From: Candidatus Magasanikiibacteriota bacterium
GTDB taxonomy: Bacteria > Patescibacteriota > Patescibacteriia > Magasanikbacterales > GWA2-37-8
Assembly: GCA_026396515.1 (NCBI GenBank)
Contig: JAPLWQ010000002.1
Location: forward strand, 125,575-189,574
DNA: 64,000 nt
Reading direction: 5' to 3'
Part shown: piece by piece, positions 51,495 to 61,559 of the stretch
Position numbering within the stretch: position 1 is the first letter of the stretch
Layout: each line of letters begins with the position of its first letter
Translations under genes and position numbers: made by a program
Notes under the pieces: generated by a model
Told to the model about the DNA's origin: nothing
The model's database searches: none
The model's input: only the letters and a program-made list of their open reading frames with translations

Positions 51495-53723
51495 TTATCT
51501 TCCGCCTCTGAAACCTCCACCGCTCTTACGGTCGCGGCTGCCGCCTCCTCGTCCGCCGCCAAATCCGCCTCTGCGTTCCATCGGCGGCCGTTCCACATAT
51601 CCTTCCGGTTTTGGTAAAAGCGCTTTCATACTCAAATTTACCCGGCCCATACTGTCAATTTCTTTGACCACCACATTCACTTTATCGCCCAATTTCATCA
51701 CGTCACTCGGTTTACTGGTATAGGCCCAAGCAATATCGGTCACGTGCACCAGGCCGTCCTGACCCGGCAGTACATTCACGAACGCGCCAAAATCTTCCAG
51801 CCGGACAACCGTGCCTTCATATGTCTCACCGGCGGTGATTTCATGCGTGATGCTTTTCACCCATTCAATCGCTTTTTCCAAACCAACCGCATCGTTTGAT
51901 GTGATGTTAACCCGGCCATCCTGCTCAATATCAATCGACACACCGGTTTCATCAATAATCTTGTTAATCATTTTACCGCCCGGTCCCACCACATCACGAA
52001 TTTTTTCCGGATTAATCTGAATAGTGACGATGCGCGGCGCGTAGGGCGACATTTCCTTTCTCGGTTCAGCAATCACTTTTGCCATTGATTCAAGAATCTT
52101 GAAACGCGCCTCACGTGAACATTTAAAAGTCTCTTCAATAATTTCCCAACTCAAACCATCTGTCTTGGTGTCCATTTGCATAACGGTAATGCCGGAATCG
52201 GTGCCGGTAATCTTAAAATCCATACCGCCCGGTCCGTCTTCAACATCCTGCAAATCGGTAATCACTTTCCAATTGCCTTTCTTGTCGCTGGCCAACCCGA
52301 TGGCAATACCGGCGACCGCCTTTTTAATCGGTACACCGGCGTCCATTAAAGCCAAAGATGAGGCGCAAGTAGAAGCCATTGAGCTCGATCCATTGGAACC
52401 AAGCACCTCGGACACAACGCGCATAGCATAGGGAAAATCTTTTTCATCGGGCAAAACCGGCTGAAGCGCCCGTTCTGCCAGTGCACCATGCCCGATCGCC
52501 CGGTTGCCCGGACCACGCAGCGGCCCGGTCTCGCCATACGTCGCAGGAGTATCATTATAATGATGCATATAACGCTTTGTACCTTCTTCTTCCATCGTAT
52601 CCAGAGTTTGTACGTCGCCCGGTGCGCCTAAAGTTACAACCGACAAAACCTGCGTATCGCCGCGCTGGAACAAACCTGTGCCATGTGTTCTCGGCAAAAG
52701 CCCAACTTCAGAATACAAATCGCGAACGTCGCTTAAACCACGACCGTCCAAACGCTCGCTCTTTTCAATTATTCTTTTGGTGACAATTTCTTCAACATAG
52801 ATTTTTACGCGCCCCAAAACTATAGTCATTATTTTTTCATCGATCACCTCTGCTGTCATTTTTTCTTTTAGAGCATCGGAAAACCGATCAACCATGGCCA
52901 CGCGTTCAGCGCGATTCTTTTTTGGCGCGTCAAAAATCCAATCATCTTCATGTGAAGCGATAAATTCGCGTGCCTGCTTCTCCATATCCCGAAGTTTTAT
53001 TTCCGCCTCGGTCAAATTATTATGCAGGTCAATTTTTTCCTGACCGATTTCTTTTTGAATTTTCTTGATAAATTCAAGTACCGGCTCGAGCGACTTCGCG
53101 CCAAATTGCATGGCGGCAAGCACTTCCGCTTCCGGTTCCTCACTGGCGGCCATTTCCACCATTATCACTTTATCCGGCGTACCGGCTACTACCATGTCCA
53201 ACGTGCCCTCGTCCCGTTGTTTAAAAGTCGGATTGAGCACTAATTGACCGCCAACTTTGCCGACGCGCGCGCCGCCGATTGGTCCTTTCCATGGAATCGG
53301 AGAAACCGCTAAGGCCAAAGACGCGGCCACAAACGCCGGGACTTGTGAATCATTTTCTCCATCCCATGATAGCGCGGTAAGAATCACTTGCGTGTCGTTG
53401 CGCATAGAATCGTCAAAGAGAGGACGAATCGCCCGGTCAACCATGCGGCCGGATAAAATCGCTTCCTCACTCGGGCGCCCCTCGCGCTTGATGAACCGGC
53501 TGCCTTTTATTCTTCCGGCGGCATACAATTTTTCCTCAAAATTCACCATCAGAGGAAAAAAATCAATACCATCACGGGTATTTTTACTCATGGTGGCGGT
53601 TGCTAAAATTACGGTATCGCCATAGCGCACCATACATGAGGCCTGGGTTTGGAGAGCCAGCTTTCCGGTTTCAACAGAAAGCTTGCGGCCGCCCCATTCC
53701 ATGGACCAGTTTTTAACATTCAT
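51495..53723 (-). CDS. pnp: Polyribonucleotide nucleotidyltransferase
   Basis: FFPL, GRI.G..IKREGRP, SNGSSSMAS, GMDFK..GT; KH and S1 domains. Confidence 0.97.
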   Translation of the reverse strand: MNVKNWSMEWGGRKLSVETGKLALQTQASCMVRYGDTVILATATMSKNTRDGIDFFPLMVNFEEKLYAAGRIKGSRFIKREGRPSEEAILSGRMVDRAIRPLFDDSMRNDTQVILTALSWDGENDSQVPAFVAASLALAVSPIPWKGPIGGARVGKVGGQLVLNPTFKQRDEGTLDMVVAGTPDKVIMVEMAASEEPEAEVLAAMQFGAKSLEPVLEFIKKIQKEIGQEKIDLHNNLTEAEIKLRDMEKQAREFIASHEDDWIFDAPKKNRAERVAMVDRFSDALKEKMTAEVIDEKIMTIVLGRVKIYVEEIVTKRIIEKSERLDGRGLSDVRDLYSEVGLLPRTHGTGLFQRGDTQVLSVVTLGAPGDVQTLDTMEEEGTKRYMHHYNDTPATYGETGPLRGPGNRAIGHGALAERALQPVLPDEKDFPYAMRVVSEVLGSNGSSSMASTCASSLALMDAGVPIKKAVAGIAIGLASDKKGNWKVITDLQDVEDGPGGMDFKITGTDSGITVMQMDTKTDGLSWEIIEETFKCSREARFKILESMAKVIAEPRKEMSPYAPRIVTIQINPEKIRDVVGPGGKMINKIIDETGVSIDIEQDGRVNITSNDAVGLEKAIEWVKSITHEITAGETYEGTVVRLEDFGAFVNVLPGQDGLVHVTDIAWAYTSKPSDVMKLGDKVNVVVKEIDSMGRVNLSMKALLPKPEGYVERPPMERRGGFGGGRGGGSRDRKSGGGFRGGR

Positions 53724-53737
53724 AAGAATGCCTTTCC

Positions 53738-53800
53738 GAAGCTGATTTGCGAGCTACAGACACTTCTTACGAAGAGTCTATCTGTCCGCGCACCAACTTC
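53738..53800 (-). promoter_or_regulatory. Long hairpin in the pnp leader (putative RNase III site)
   Basis: GAAGTTGGT/ATCAGCTTC, ACAGATA/TGTCTGT, CTTC-GTAA-GAAG. Confidence 0.6.
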
Positions 53801-53818
53801 ATTAAATTGTTAAATATT

Positions 53819-54394
53819 TTATCGTTGTTTTACACTTCTCGGATACCTTCGATCTTGAATCAAAAACTTCGCCTTGTCCGCGCTTAAATCGGTAAAATTA
53901 TCAGCTACTTCACGCAATTTGCCCGAAGAAGTCTCGCCAAAAGCCATTACTTCAACCTGTTTACCCTGATTATATTTCAGATATTCAATTAGCGGTAAAA
54001 AATCACCATCACCGGAAACCAACACGATCGCATCTAAACTGTTTGACAAACGAATGGCATCTACGGTCAGACCGACATCCCAATCAGCCTTCTTTTCTCC
54101 GCCCCAGAATATCTGAAGCGGCCTGTGTTTTGTTTCAATACCTAAACTATTCAAAGCATCAAAAAACGGCTGCTCTTCCTTGGTTTCAGTGCGGACCACA
54201 TAGGCGATAGCGCGAATTAATTTTCGGCCAGCCACCCCTTCTATCAGAATATTACCAAAATTAACCTTTGCGCTAAAAAGATTTTTTGCGCTGTAATACA
54301 TGTTTTGCACATCAATAAACACCCCAACTCTCTGATCGGGGTGCTTAAGCGGATTACTTTTTTTGTTCAGGTTGGGCTTCATCATCATTTGCAA
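53819..54394 (-). CDS. NYN-domain (LabA/DUF88) protein
   Basis: FIDVQN, KADWDV, LVSGDGDF; start codon uncertain. Confidence 0.9.
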   Translation of the reverse strand: MQMMMKPNLNKKSNPLKHPDQRVGVFIDVQNMYYSAKNLFSAKVNFGNILIEGVAGRKLIRAIAYVVRTETKEEQPFFDALNSLGIETKHRPLQIFWGGEKKADWDVGLTVDAIRLSNSLDAIVLVSGDGDFLPLIEYLKYNQGKQVEVMAFGETSSGKLREVADNFTDLSADKAKFLIQDRRYPRSVKQR

Positions 54395-54731
54395 TTAATA
54401 CTTCTTCTTCCACCGGCTCTTCATCTTTTCCTGCGCCTACCTGGCGAGGATTTTTCGCCAATCTCGCCTGCTTTATTTTTAACTTTTTGGAAAGCTCTTC
54501 AAACGATTCCGGGTTGTCTTTTTTAAGATATTTCATTAAACGCCGGCGGGTGCTTACTTTGCGCAATAAACCTCGGCGGGAAGAATGATCTTTTGAATGC
54601 GTCTTCAAATGCTTAATCAGCTCATCGATTTCCGCCGTTAAGATTGCAATCTGCACTTCACTTGAACCGGTATCTCCATCATGGATAGCAAACTTTTTAA
54701 TTAAAGTCTGCTTTTTCTTTGTTTCTAACAT
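54354..54731 (-). CDS. rpsO: 30S ribosomal protein S15 with acidic C-terminal extension
   Basis: DTGSSEVQIAILT, HLKTH.KDHSSRRGL; promoter TTGACA (54837-54842)-17-TATTCT. Confidence 0.95.
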   Translation of the reverse strand: MLETKKKQTLIKKFAIHDGDTGSSEVQIAILTAEIDELIKHLKTHSKDHSSRRGLLRKVSTRRRLMKYLKKDNPESFEELSKKLKIKQARLAKNPRQVGAGKDEEPVEEEVLIANDDEAQPEQKK

Positions 54732-54845
54732 ACATGCATAATATTTACCGAGCACGGAAAAGGCATATACTTCGCCGGTTCGGAGGGCATAGAACCCTTA
54801 ATAAAGTACTTACAGAATAGCAGAATAAGTAATTAATGTCAATAT

Positions 54846-55313
54846 TTATGGACAAGGCCCGGAAATAACTTCACCTCCGCCATCTGAACAATATGTTTTT
54901 TCTTCTTCGCTCAAAATGGCTCCACATGAACCGTCCGAAAAAAGACAAGACGATTTGCCTGCTACTCTACTTAGAATGAACGTTGTTATAGCATAAGATG
55001 CGGCGATAATAACTAACCCTATAATCGCCGCTTCAAGAATACCTTTCGCCTCAGCCACCTTATCTTCTTTGCCACGAGCCGTTAGCCATGTAAATCCGCC
55101 ATAAAGGGTGAGGGCGAAGAAAAGAATCGCCACAATTCCAAGAACAGTGGAAACAATGCTTTGAATCCGACCCGTAATTGAACTTGATGCACCGGTAGTC
55201 TCATAACCGGCTTTTGTCGCCGTATCCTTCAAACCAAACCCGGCCGAAAGCGCTTGACCACCGAAAAACAGCAAACCAACAACCGCAAAAATTAATATTA
55301 TTTTTTTGTGCAT
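54846..55313 (-). CDS. VirB2/TrbC-like pilin with Cys tail
   Basis: GFTWLTARGKEDKVAEAK...IIGL..I.ASYAIT core. Confidence 0.8.
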   Translation of the reverse strand: MHKKIILIFAVVGLLFFGGQALSAGFGLKDTATKAGYETTGASSSITGRIQSIVSTVLGIVAILFFALTLYGGFTWLTARGKEDKVAEAKGILEAAIIGLVIIAASYAITTFILSRVAGKSSCLFSDGSCGAILSEEEKTYCSDGGGEVISGPCP

Positions 55314-55403
55314 ATCAGGCGAAAATGATAATTAATATCATATATTATACCTCATCTTGATTTTTCGGGCAAAATATGCTAAAATTGCTATGTTTTGTCA
55401 ACT

Positions 55404-55475
55404 GGCCCCGTAGTTCAAAGGATAGAACAACAGCCTTCTAAGCTGTGGATCTAGGTTCGATTCCTAGCGGGGTCA
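55404..55475 (+). tRNA. tRNA-Arg(TCT)
   Basis: GGCCCCG...CGGGGTC-A; anticodon arm ACAGC-CTTCTAA-GCTGT. Confidence 0.93.
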
Positions 55476-55502
55476 CGATTTAATAAATATTTCGAGAAAA
55501 AT

Positions 55503-56042
55503 ATGAACGAACGAAGCCAGGGATTCACGCCGGATTCAGCGACCAACGAGGCACCCAAAGAAATTCCCGAAAAAGCCGACATTCATCAAGAAGCCACCGC
55601 AGAAGAAATGGCTTATTTGGAGTGTTTCTTAAAAGATCATCCCGAAAAGATAGCCGCGATAGAAACCAGAAGAGATTGCGAACAAGAAAAACATGAATTA
55701 CAGATGCTTCTCCAAAATTTTGAAGAGGCCCATTCTCTCGAGGAACTCAACGCCATCCCGGATGTGACACCTGAACTTTATAACCTTTTTGCGCACGACC
55801 GAGACATGTCCGCGGAGCAAATTGAATCTGCGCTTGCCAATCTCTCGCCGGAAGATGCCAAAAGATACCAAACAAGATCGCCGGCGATAAAAGATCTGAA
55901 ACCAATTGTTGCATTAATGAACAAAATGGAAAAAGAGACAAATATTTCACAGGCCGAATTCGACAAATTGAGGACCGCATATAAAGTATTATCTCGTGCT
56001 GTCGGTATGATAAATAATAATAAGGTCGACCACACTAGATAA
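55503..56042 (+). CDS. Hypothetical acidic helical protein
   Basis: 179-aa ORF between two tRNA genes; no recognised motif. Confidence 0.55.
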   Translation: MNERSQGFTPDSATNEAPKEIPEKADIHQEATAEEMAYLECFLKDHPEKIAAIETRRDCEQEKHELQMLLQNFEEAHSLEELNAIPDVTPELYNLFAHDRDMSAEQIESALANLSPEDAKRYQTRSPAIKDLKPIVALMNKMEKETNISQAEFDKLRTAYKVLSRAVGMINNNKVDHTR

Positions 56043-56144
56043 ACGGTAAGGCACCACATGCCATGCCGAGATACAAGCAAAACGACCCGAAGATCTTGAT
56101 TTTTCCAACAAAACCTGATAAAATTCAAAAGTTGAAAATTACAT

Positions 56145-56216
56145 GGCGGCTATAGTTCAATGGTAGAACACTGGTTTGTGGTACCAGTCACCTGGGTTCA
56201 ATTCCCAGTAGCCGCC
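56145..56216 (+). tRNA. tRNA-His(GTG), G-1 encoded
   Basis: G-GCGGCTA...TAGCCGC-C; anticodon arm CTGGT-TTGTGGT-ACCAG; palindromic terminator 56218-56258. Confidence 0.93.
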
Positions 56217-56381
56217 CTAAATAAAGAACGTCCCAATTTTCGGGACGTTCTTTATTTAAGAAATTTTCTGGGAGTTGAGCTCAATTGACTTTTATATCCT
56301 ATATATACCACTAATATGAGCCATCTTGAAAACCTCAACATTGCCAAAACCCTGTATTTTTGATAAAGTATTCCATACCCT

Positions 56382-57467
56382 ATGACCACTCCAAAAAAAA
56401 TTTTATTTGTTTCCTGTTCCGCCGGCGCCGGCCACAAACGCGCCGCCGAGGCCTTACGTTTAACATGCGCAAAAATCTATCCTGACATTGAAGCCAGGCA
56501 TATTGATTTAATCGACTATTCAAACGGATTAGTTAAAAAGACCGCTTCAAGCTATCATTTTTTAGCAAAACATCTCCCCGATGTTTATGGCTTACTTTAT
56601 GATGGATCCGATTCAACCATTGCCGCAAAATTTTTAAATTATTTTTCTTCAATTTTTCAAATTAATACAAAAAAGTTGCGCCGGTTTGTAAAACAATATA
56701 ATCCGGACCGAATAATTTGCACGCATTTTTTGGCTTCGCCCTTTCTAAAATCATTTGCCGAAACAACTCCGCTCGATATGCTCATCACTGATTATGAGTT
56801 GAACAAGGTAGTACTGGATCCAAAAATACGATATTTCTTTGCTCCTGAAAAAGGCATAGCTGACGAGATATCAGCACTCGGACGTCAGGCATATGCCACG
56901 GGCATACCAATACATCCGCAATTTTTTGAACAAAAAAATTTCAATCAGACATTGAATGATTTCGGACTAAATATTGATATTCCAACGGTACTGGTTATGT
57001 CCGGCGGAACCGGTCTGGCAGATACCACCTCTTTGGTCAAGAAAGTCCTAAAAAACCAACAGAAGATGAACTTACTGGTTATTTCCGGAAAAAATAATCG
57101 CCAATTATACGGCAAGCTTTCCCGTCTTACGGCGCCTTCAAACATTAATTATAAAATTGTTGACTTCACCGAACGCATTGATGAGTTAATGAAAACGGCA
57201 GACTTAATAATAACAAAACCGGGCGGTTTAACTATTACCGAATGTATGCATTTAGCCAAGCCTCTTCTTCTCGTAAGCCCCATCCCCGGACAGGAAGAGG
57301 CAAACATTCGTTTCCTGGAAAAAAATAATTATGGCCGGCTTGTGGCCGACCATAATGAAATTACGAATTTGATTGATCTTGTCCTTAACGGTACATTGAA
57401 ATTTACCAGCCCTGTTCTTCCCGTTAATGCTGCTGAAACGATATTACAGCTTTCGTTTACGGATTAA
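56382..57467 (+). CDS. MGDG synthase/UgtP-like GT28 glycosyltransferase
   Basis: GAGHKRAAEAL, IICTHF, TGIP, MSGGTG, ITKPGGLTITE, PIPGQEE.N. Confidence 0.9.
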   Translation: MTTPKKILFVSCSAGAGHKRAAEALRLTCAKIYPDIEARHIDLIDYSNGLVKKTASSYHFLAKHLPDVYGLLYDGSDSTIAAKFLNYFSSIFQINTKKLRRFVKQYNPDRIICTHFLASPFLKSFAETTPLDMLITDYELNKVVLDPKIRYFFAPEKGIADEISALGRQAYATGIPIHPQFFEQKNFNQTLNDFGLNIDIPTVLVMSGGTGLADTTSLVKKVLKNQQKMNLLVISGKNNRQLYGKLSRLTAPSNINYKIVDFTERIDELMKTADLIITKPGGLTITECMHLAKPLLLVSPIPGQEEANIRFLEKNNYGRLVADHNEITNLIDLVLNGTLKFTSPVLPVNAAETILQLSFTD

Positions 57468-57894
57468 ACGGCTGATTCTCACTGCTTGGCGGATTTACTT
57501 TTAAGGCATCACGATTGCCGCCAATGGCAAGATAAGCGACAAAAATTGTAATTGAATAAGCGCAAATAACAATAACCAAACCAATAATTGAGGCTTTTAA
57601 GGTATTCTTCGCCTTTGTTATTTGTTCTTCGTTCCCGCCGGACATCATCCATAAAGCGCCGGCATAAAGTGTAAGGACCAGAAAAATAATACCAATTAGA
57701 CTTAATGCCGCGCGTATAATCGTTGCCGCTGTTACACGCGGGTCTTGAGGTTCGCTGTAACCGGCCCCCTCTTCCGCGGCCGCTGACAGTTGCCCTTCCA
57801 TTTCTGTAATGCTGGCCATCGCCCGGTCGGCAAATAGAAGACCTCCGAATAAAAGCAATCCGCAAATCAGGATTGTTTGTATTTTTTTATTCAT
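57457..57894 (-). CDS. VirB2/TrbC-like pilin
   Basis: YAGALWMMSGGNEEQITKAK core. Confidence 0.8.
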   Translation of the reverse strand: MNKKIQTILICGLLLFGGLLFADRAMASITEMEGQLSAAAEEGAGYSEPQDPRVTAATIIRAALSLIGIIFLVLTLYAGALWMMSGGNEEQITKAKNTLKASIIGLVIVICAYSITIFVAYLAIGGNRDALKVNPPSSENQPFNP

Positions 57895-57905
57895 ATATTT
57901 CTTTA

Positions 57906-58481
57906 TTAGTAATCAATTCCGCCCGCACAATTAAAATACGGAGTGCATGACTCACCAGCAAACCATTGCGCATCCGCCCATTTTTGTCCACAAGTTGCTG
58001 CAGAGGTAGTCTGCATACACTTTTTTTCCGCCTCCCAATAACAGCAACCCATACTCGTTTCCGGCCCCCACTGGCTTGAATCAGTACTCGGAGCCGATGC
58101 TCCAATCACAAAATTCATAACCAACGCCGTAATCCCATAAGCCGATGCCACGATAGCCAAACCGATGACCGATGACTTTATTATACCCTTGGCTTTTGTA
58201 ATTTTTTCTTCAGCGCCGGAAGCAGTCATCCAAAGAAGACCGGCATAAATAGTTAAGACCAAAAATATCACGCCAATTAATGACAATACTCCGCGGATAA
58301 TTCCACCAATGGTACGCGACAAGGCATATTGATCGCCGCTGGTATCATAACCCGATTGATTCGCGATACCCTGCGCCATACCGCCCTGCTGGAAACCAAT
58401 ATCAGGCGCAGCAAAAACTTGCGTTGATAAAAGAAAAAAACCGCCAAGTACTGCGACCGTAATGATGAACAATTTTTTCAT
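57906..58481 (-). CDS. VirB2/TrbC-like pilin with Cys-rich tail
   Basis: YAGLLWMTASGAEEKITKAK; GCCYW...C...C. Confidence 0.8.
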   Translation of the reverse strand: MKKLFIITVAVLGGFFLLSTQVFAAPDIGFQQGGMAQGIANQSGYDTSGDQYALSRTIGGIIRGVLSLIGVIFLVLTIYAGLLWMTASGAEEKITKAKGIIKSSVIGLAIVASAYGITALVMNFVIGASAPSTDSSQWGPETSMGCCYWEAEKKCMQTTSAATCGQKWADAQWFAGESCTPYFNCAGGIDY

Positions 58482-58513
58482 AATGATACAATATTTTTTG
58501 AAATACGCTATTA

Positions 58514-59056
58514 TTATGGCATGCAACATTTATGTATTTCTCCGGGTGTAACATCGGCTGCGGTGCAATCCAAACTGGCATCCAATGTCTCTTCTTCTGC
58601 GCAAGGATTACTCGGATTTGCGCTACTATAGGCACAAGAGCCGCCTTTCGACATACAATCATTGCCACCACCCGAACCCCCGCCGGTTCCGAGACGCAAT
58701 AACACAAATGTAGTGATGGCGTATGACGATAATAATATCATCAATCCAATAACTGAGGTGGCAATTATCTTTTTCGCCCGGGTCACTTCTTCATCGCGCC
58801 CGGCAGCTTTTATCCAAACAAATCCGCCGTAAATAGTGAGAATTAAAAAAACCGTGCCCAAAATATAAAAACCGCCTTTTAATATATCTTCGGTAAAGGA
58901 AGAAACATCGGACGACAGCCCAACGCTCGTTTTCATACTATTAAGCTTTGCGCCGGCCGCTCCTATCCCTCGTGGCGCGTCATCGCCGGCAAAAACACAG
59001 ACTGGAATAATTAACCAGGCAATTATAGCAACAACAATTGTTTTGCGTAAATTCAT
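58514..59056 (-). CDS. VirB2/TrbC-like pilin with Cys-rich tail
   Basis: GGFVWIKAAGRDEEVTRAK; CMSKGGSC...KCCMP. Confidence 0.8.
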   Translation of the reverse strand: MNLRKTIVVAIIAWLIIPVCVFAGDDAPRGIGAAGAKLNSMKTSVGLSSDVSSFTEDILKGGFYILGTVFLILTIYGGFVWIKAAGRDEEVTRAKKIIATSVIGLMILLSSYAITTFVLLRLGTGGGSGGGNDCMSKGGSCAYSSANPSNPCAEEETLDASLDCTAADVTPGEIHKCCMP

Positions 59057-59063
59057 ATATTTC

Positions 59064-59552
59064 TTATGCACCACAACAGACTCGCTGGGTCTCACCGCTT
59101 GGTGGACAGGTGCCTATAACTTGGCCCGACGGACAGCTACTCATCGGCGTACAAACACCACCCAGCTTACTGCTACAATCTTCAGTTCCTTCAACATCAC
59201 CACTCTGGCCAAGCCGGGAAGCGACAAAAGCAGTAATTGTATAAGCAAACAAAATAATCGCCAAACCGATAACCGCTCCAATAATAATCTTTTGCGCTTT
59301 GCCAATCTTTTCTTCGTTACCGGACGCCGTCATCCACATGACACCGCCAACAACCGTTAACACTAAAAAAATCGTGCCCGTCACAGCCAGTATTGCCGTA
59401 ATAATATTCGCTGTGCTCGTGTTAAGATCTGATTCCAAACCGACTCCACCAACCGATTGATTCAACAAACCCGAGCCTAACGCATCCGCAAAAACAAACT
59501 GCGGCACGAAAATAATTAGCAGGGCAATGGTGATGAGCAGTATTTTTTTCAT
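59064..59552 (-). CDS. VirB2/TrbC-like pilin with Cys-rich tail
   Basis: GGVMWMTASGNEEKIGKAQK; CSSKLGGVC...RVCC. Confidence 0.8.
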   Translation of the reverse strand: MKKILLITIALLIIFVPQFVFADALGSGLLNQSVGGVGLESDLNTSTANIITAILAVTGTIFLVLTVVGGVMWMTASGNEEKIGKAQKIIIGAVIGLAIILFAYTITAFVASRLGQSGDVEGTEDCSSKLGGVCTPMSSCPSGQVIGTCPPSGETQRVCCGA

Positions 59553-59558
59553 AAAATA

Positions 59559-60551
59559 TTATTTGAGGTATTTATCACTAACATTAGCTTCAAATGTCCC
59601 AAGACAACACTTAACATCATTGTTCTTCTCCCAAACTCCATAGCAATAACCAGGTTTCAAATTTTTTGACGCGTTGTCGCAGGTAAATAATGTCGTATCA
59701 ATACAAGTGCCTCCAAGTTTTGCACAATTCTTACAACAAATCTGGCCGGTTGGGCAGCCTTGTGCGTCCTCCGATGGCTTACCGTTGTGAATCTCTGCAC
59801 AAGCAAATTTTTCTGCACAGAAAAATCCCGCTTGTTTTTCACAGGCGTTCTGCTCCTGAGCGCCGCCCTCTTCCTCTTTAGGCGCCATTGCCCCGGAATT
59901 CATCCAAGCTACATAGGCTTCGGGAGGCACACAACATTCAAGTCCTTCAGTACTGCATAAACCTGTAACAATTTTTTTATCTTCACATCCTTTTTGGGCG
60001 GTGTCGATGCATGCTCCCCCTCCATCTTTAAAGGCATAATCACACTCACTTACACATTTCTTACTTTTACATACTTGGTTCACGCCCTTAGCCGCGCATT
60101 CCTCGGCATATACTCCATCCGGCGTATTTGCGCACACCTGGCCCGCTTCTTGTATAAAGGTATCAAAAATAAAAATTGTAATGGTATAGGCGGATAGAAC
60201 AATCACAAGACCTATCACTGCTGACTGTAGGCGGCTCTTGGCCGCCCCCACTTTTTCCTGAGATCCGGCCGCCGTCATCCATGTAAAGCCGGCGAATAGA
60301 ATTAATATAAAAAAATAGACACCGACCAGCGATAAAGCAATAGACACTAAACTGCCTAATACTTTAGGAATACTTCCGCCTGTCGCGCCTGCAGAAATTT
60401 GGTTGGATGCGAGGCCTGATTGCGAGCCGGCAGTTGAGAGACCATACGGGTCATCTGCTGCTTTAACAATATTTATTGCCAACCATAACGAAGCCAACAT
60501 TATTGACGCGGCCACCACTGCCACAGTTAATTTTGAGAAATTCTTAATCAT
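59559..60551 (-). CDS. VirB2/TrbC-like pilin with multiple Cys-rich modules
   Basis: FAGFTWMTAAGSQEKVGAAK; several GG.C...G.C...CC units. Confidence 0.8.
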   Translation of the reverse strand: MIKNFSKLTVAVVAASIMLASLWLAINIVKAADDPYGLSTAGSQSGLASNQISAGATGGSIPKVLGSLVSIALSLVGVYFFILILFAGFTWMTAAGSQEKVGAAKSRLQSAVIGLVIVLSAYTITIFIFDTFIQEAGQVCANTPDGVYAEECAAKGVNQVCKSKKCVSECDYAFKDGGGACIDTAQKGCEDKKIVTGLCSTEGLECCVPPEAYVAWMNSGAMAPKEEEGGAQEQNACEKQAGFFCAEKFACAEIHNGKPSEDAQGCPTGQICCKNCAKLGGTCIDTTLFTCDNASKNLKPGYCYGVWEKNNDVKCCLGTFEANVSDKYLK

Positions 60552-60553
60552 AA

Positions 60554-60964
60554 TTACGGAGACGGAGTTGTCGTGGCTGTTTCTGCCGGAGCCGCCGTTA
60601 GTCGTTCAAATACAAATGTGGAGATGGCATACGAAGCAGCAACAATTAATAAACCAATAATTGCCGTTTCCAGCATTGATTTCGCCTTATTCACTTTTTC
60701 AACTGTCCCGCCAGCCGTCATCCAGGTGAGGCCGGCGTACAAAACCAGTAAAAAGAAAATTGTTCCGACAAACATTAATAATGTGGTCACTATTGTGCTG
60801 GCTAAAGTTTCCGGTGTCTGTTTGCTTATGCCTAATGTTAATAATTTAGTCTTCTCCGCAGTCAGATTCAGACCGTATTTGTCTTTTCCCTGCGCGCCGA
60901 CAAAAACAGGCAACATAATTGCCCCCAAAATCACAAGCGCTAGCATAAGCCTTTTAATGGCCAT
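60554..60964 (-). CDS. VirB2/TrbC-like pilin
   Basis: YAGLTWMTAGGTVEKVNKAK. Confidence 0.8.
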   Translation of the reverse strand: MAIKRLMLALVILGAIMLPVFVGAQGKDKYGLNLTAEKTKLLTLGISKQTPETLASTIVTTLLMFVGTIFFLLVLYAGLTWMTAGGTVEKVNKAKSMLETAIIGLLIVAASYAISTFVFERLTAAPAETATTTPSP

Positions 60965-61011
60965 ATTATTCTGGTTTGGATTCTTTTGAAAAACAAGCCA
61001 AACCGGAATTT

Positions 61012-61046
61012 CTGTCAGGGGGTTGCGCGCGCGAACCCCCTGACAG
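61012..61046 (-). promoter_or_regulatory. Strong 13-bp hairpin after the putative major pilin gene
   Basis: CTGTCAGGGGGTT/AACCCCCTGACAG, with no long U-tract. Confidence 0.6.
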
Positions 61047-61054
61047 GAAGGATA

Positions 61055-61468
61055 TTAACCGCCCGTACCGGAACCTGTACCGGTAGTAGCACTGACCAAT
61101 TGACTGATAATAAAGCTGGCTAACGCGTATGCTGACAAAATAATAGCCAAACCGATTACACCAGAGAAGATCCATTTCTTGGCTTCTCCTACCTGCTCTT
61201 CATTACCTCCGGCAGTCATCCATTTGAAACCACCGATAAGGATGATAACCACAGCGACGATACCGAGTAAGCCCATAGCTACCCGAATGATACGAGCAAT
61301 AGTTGCGCGGACATCTTCACTTCCAAGACCGGTATCTGACGCGTAACCAATGCCGAGATCGTCTGTACCAAGTACGCCTTCACTCGCGTAAACCGGTGCG
61401 ACGTTGAAACTCATAAAACCGCCGAGTAACAAGGCCAACGAAGCTACGAATACTGCTAATTTTTTCAT
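61055..61468 (-). CDS. VirB2/TrbC-like pilin, putative major subunit
   Basis: GGFKWMTAGGNEEQVGEAKK; SD AAAGGGGGTGA; no accessory tail. Confidence 0.85.
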   Translation of the reverse strand: MKKLAVFVASLALLLGGFMSFNVAPVYASEGVLGTDDLGIGYASDTGLGSEDVRATIARIIRVAMGLLGIVAVVIILIGGFKWMTAGGNEEQVGEAKKWIFSGVIGLAIILSAYALASFIISQLVSATTGTGSGTGG

Positions 61469-61559
61469 AATTTCACCCCCTTTCAAGGAATTGGCACCAA
61501 TGTGCCGGATAATTATTACTTATAAATATTTTATCTTATTATGAATTTTTGTGCAATCA

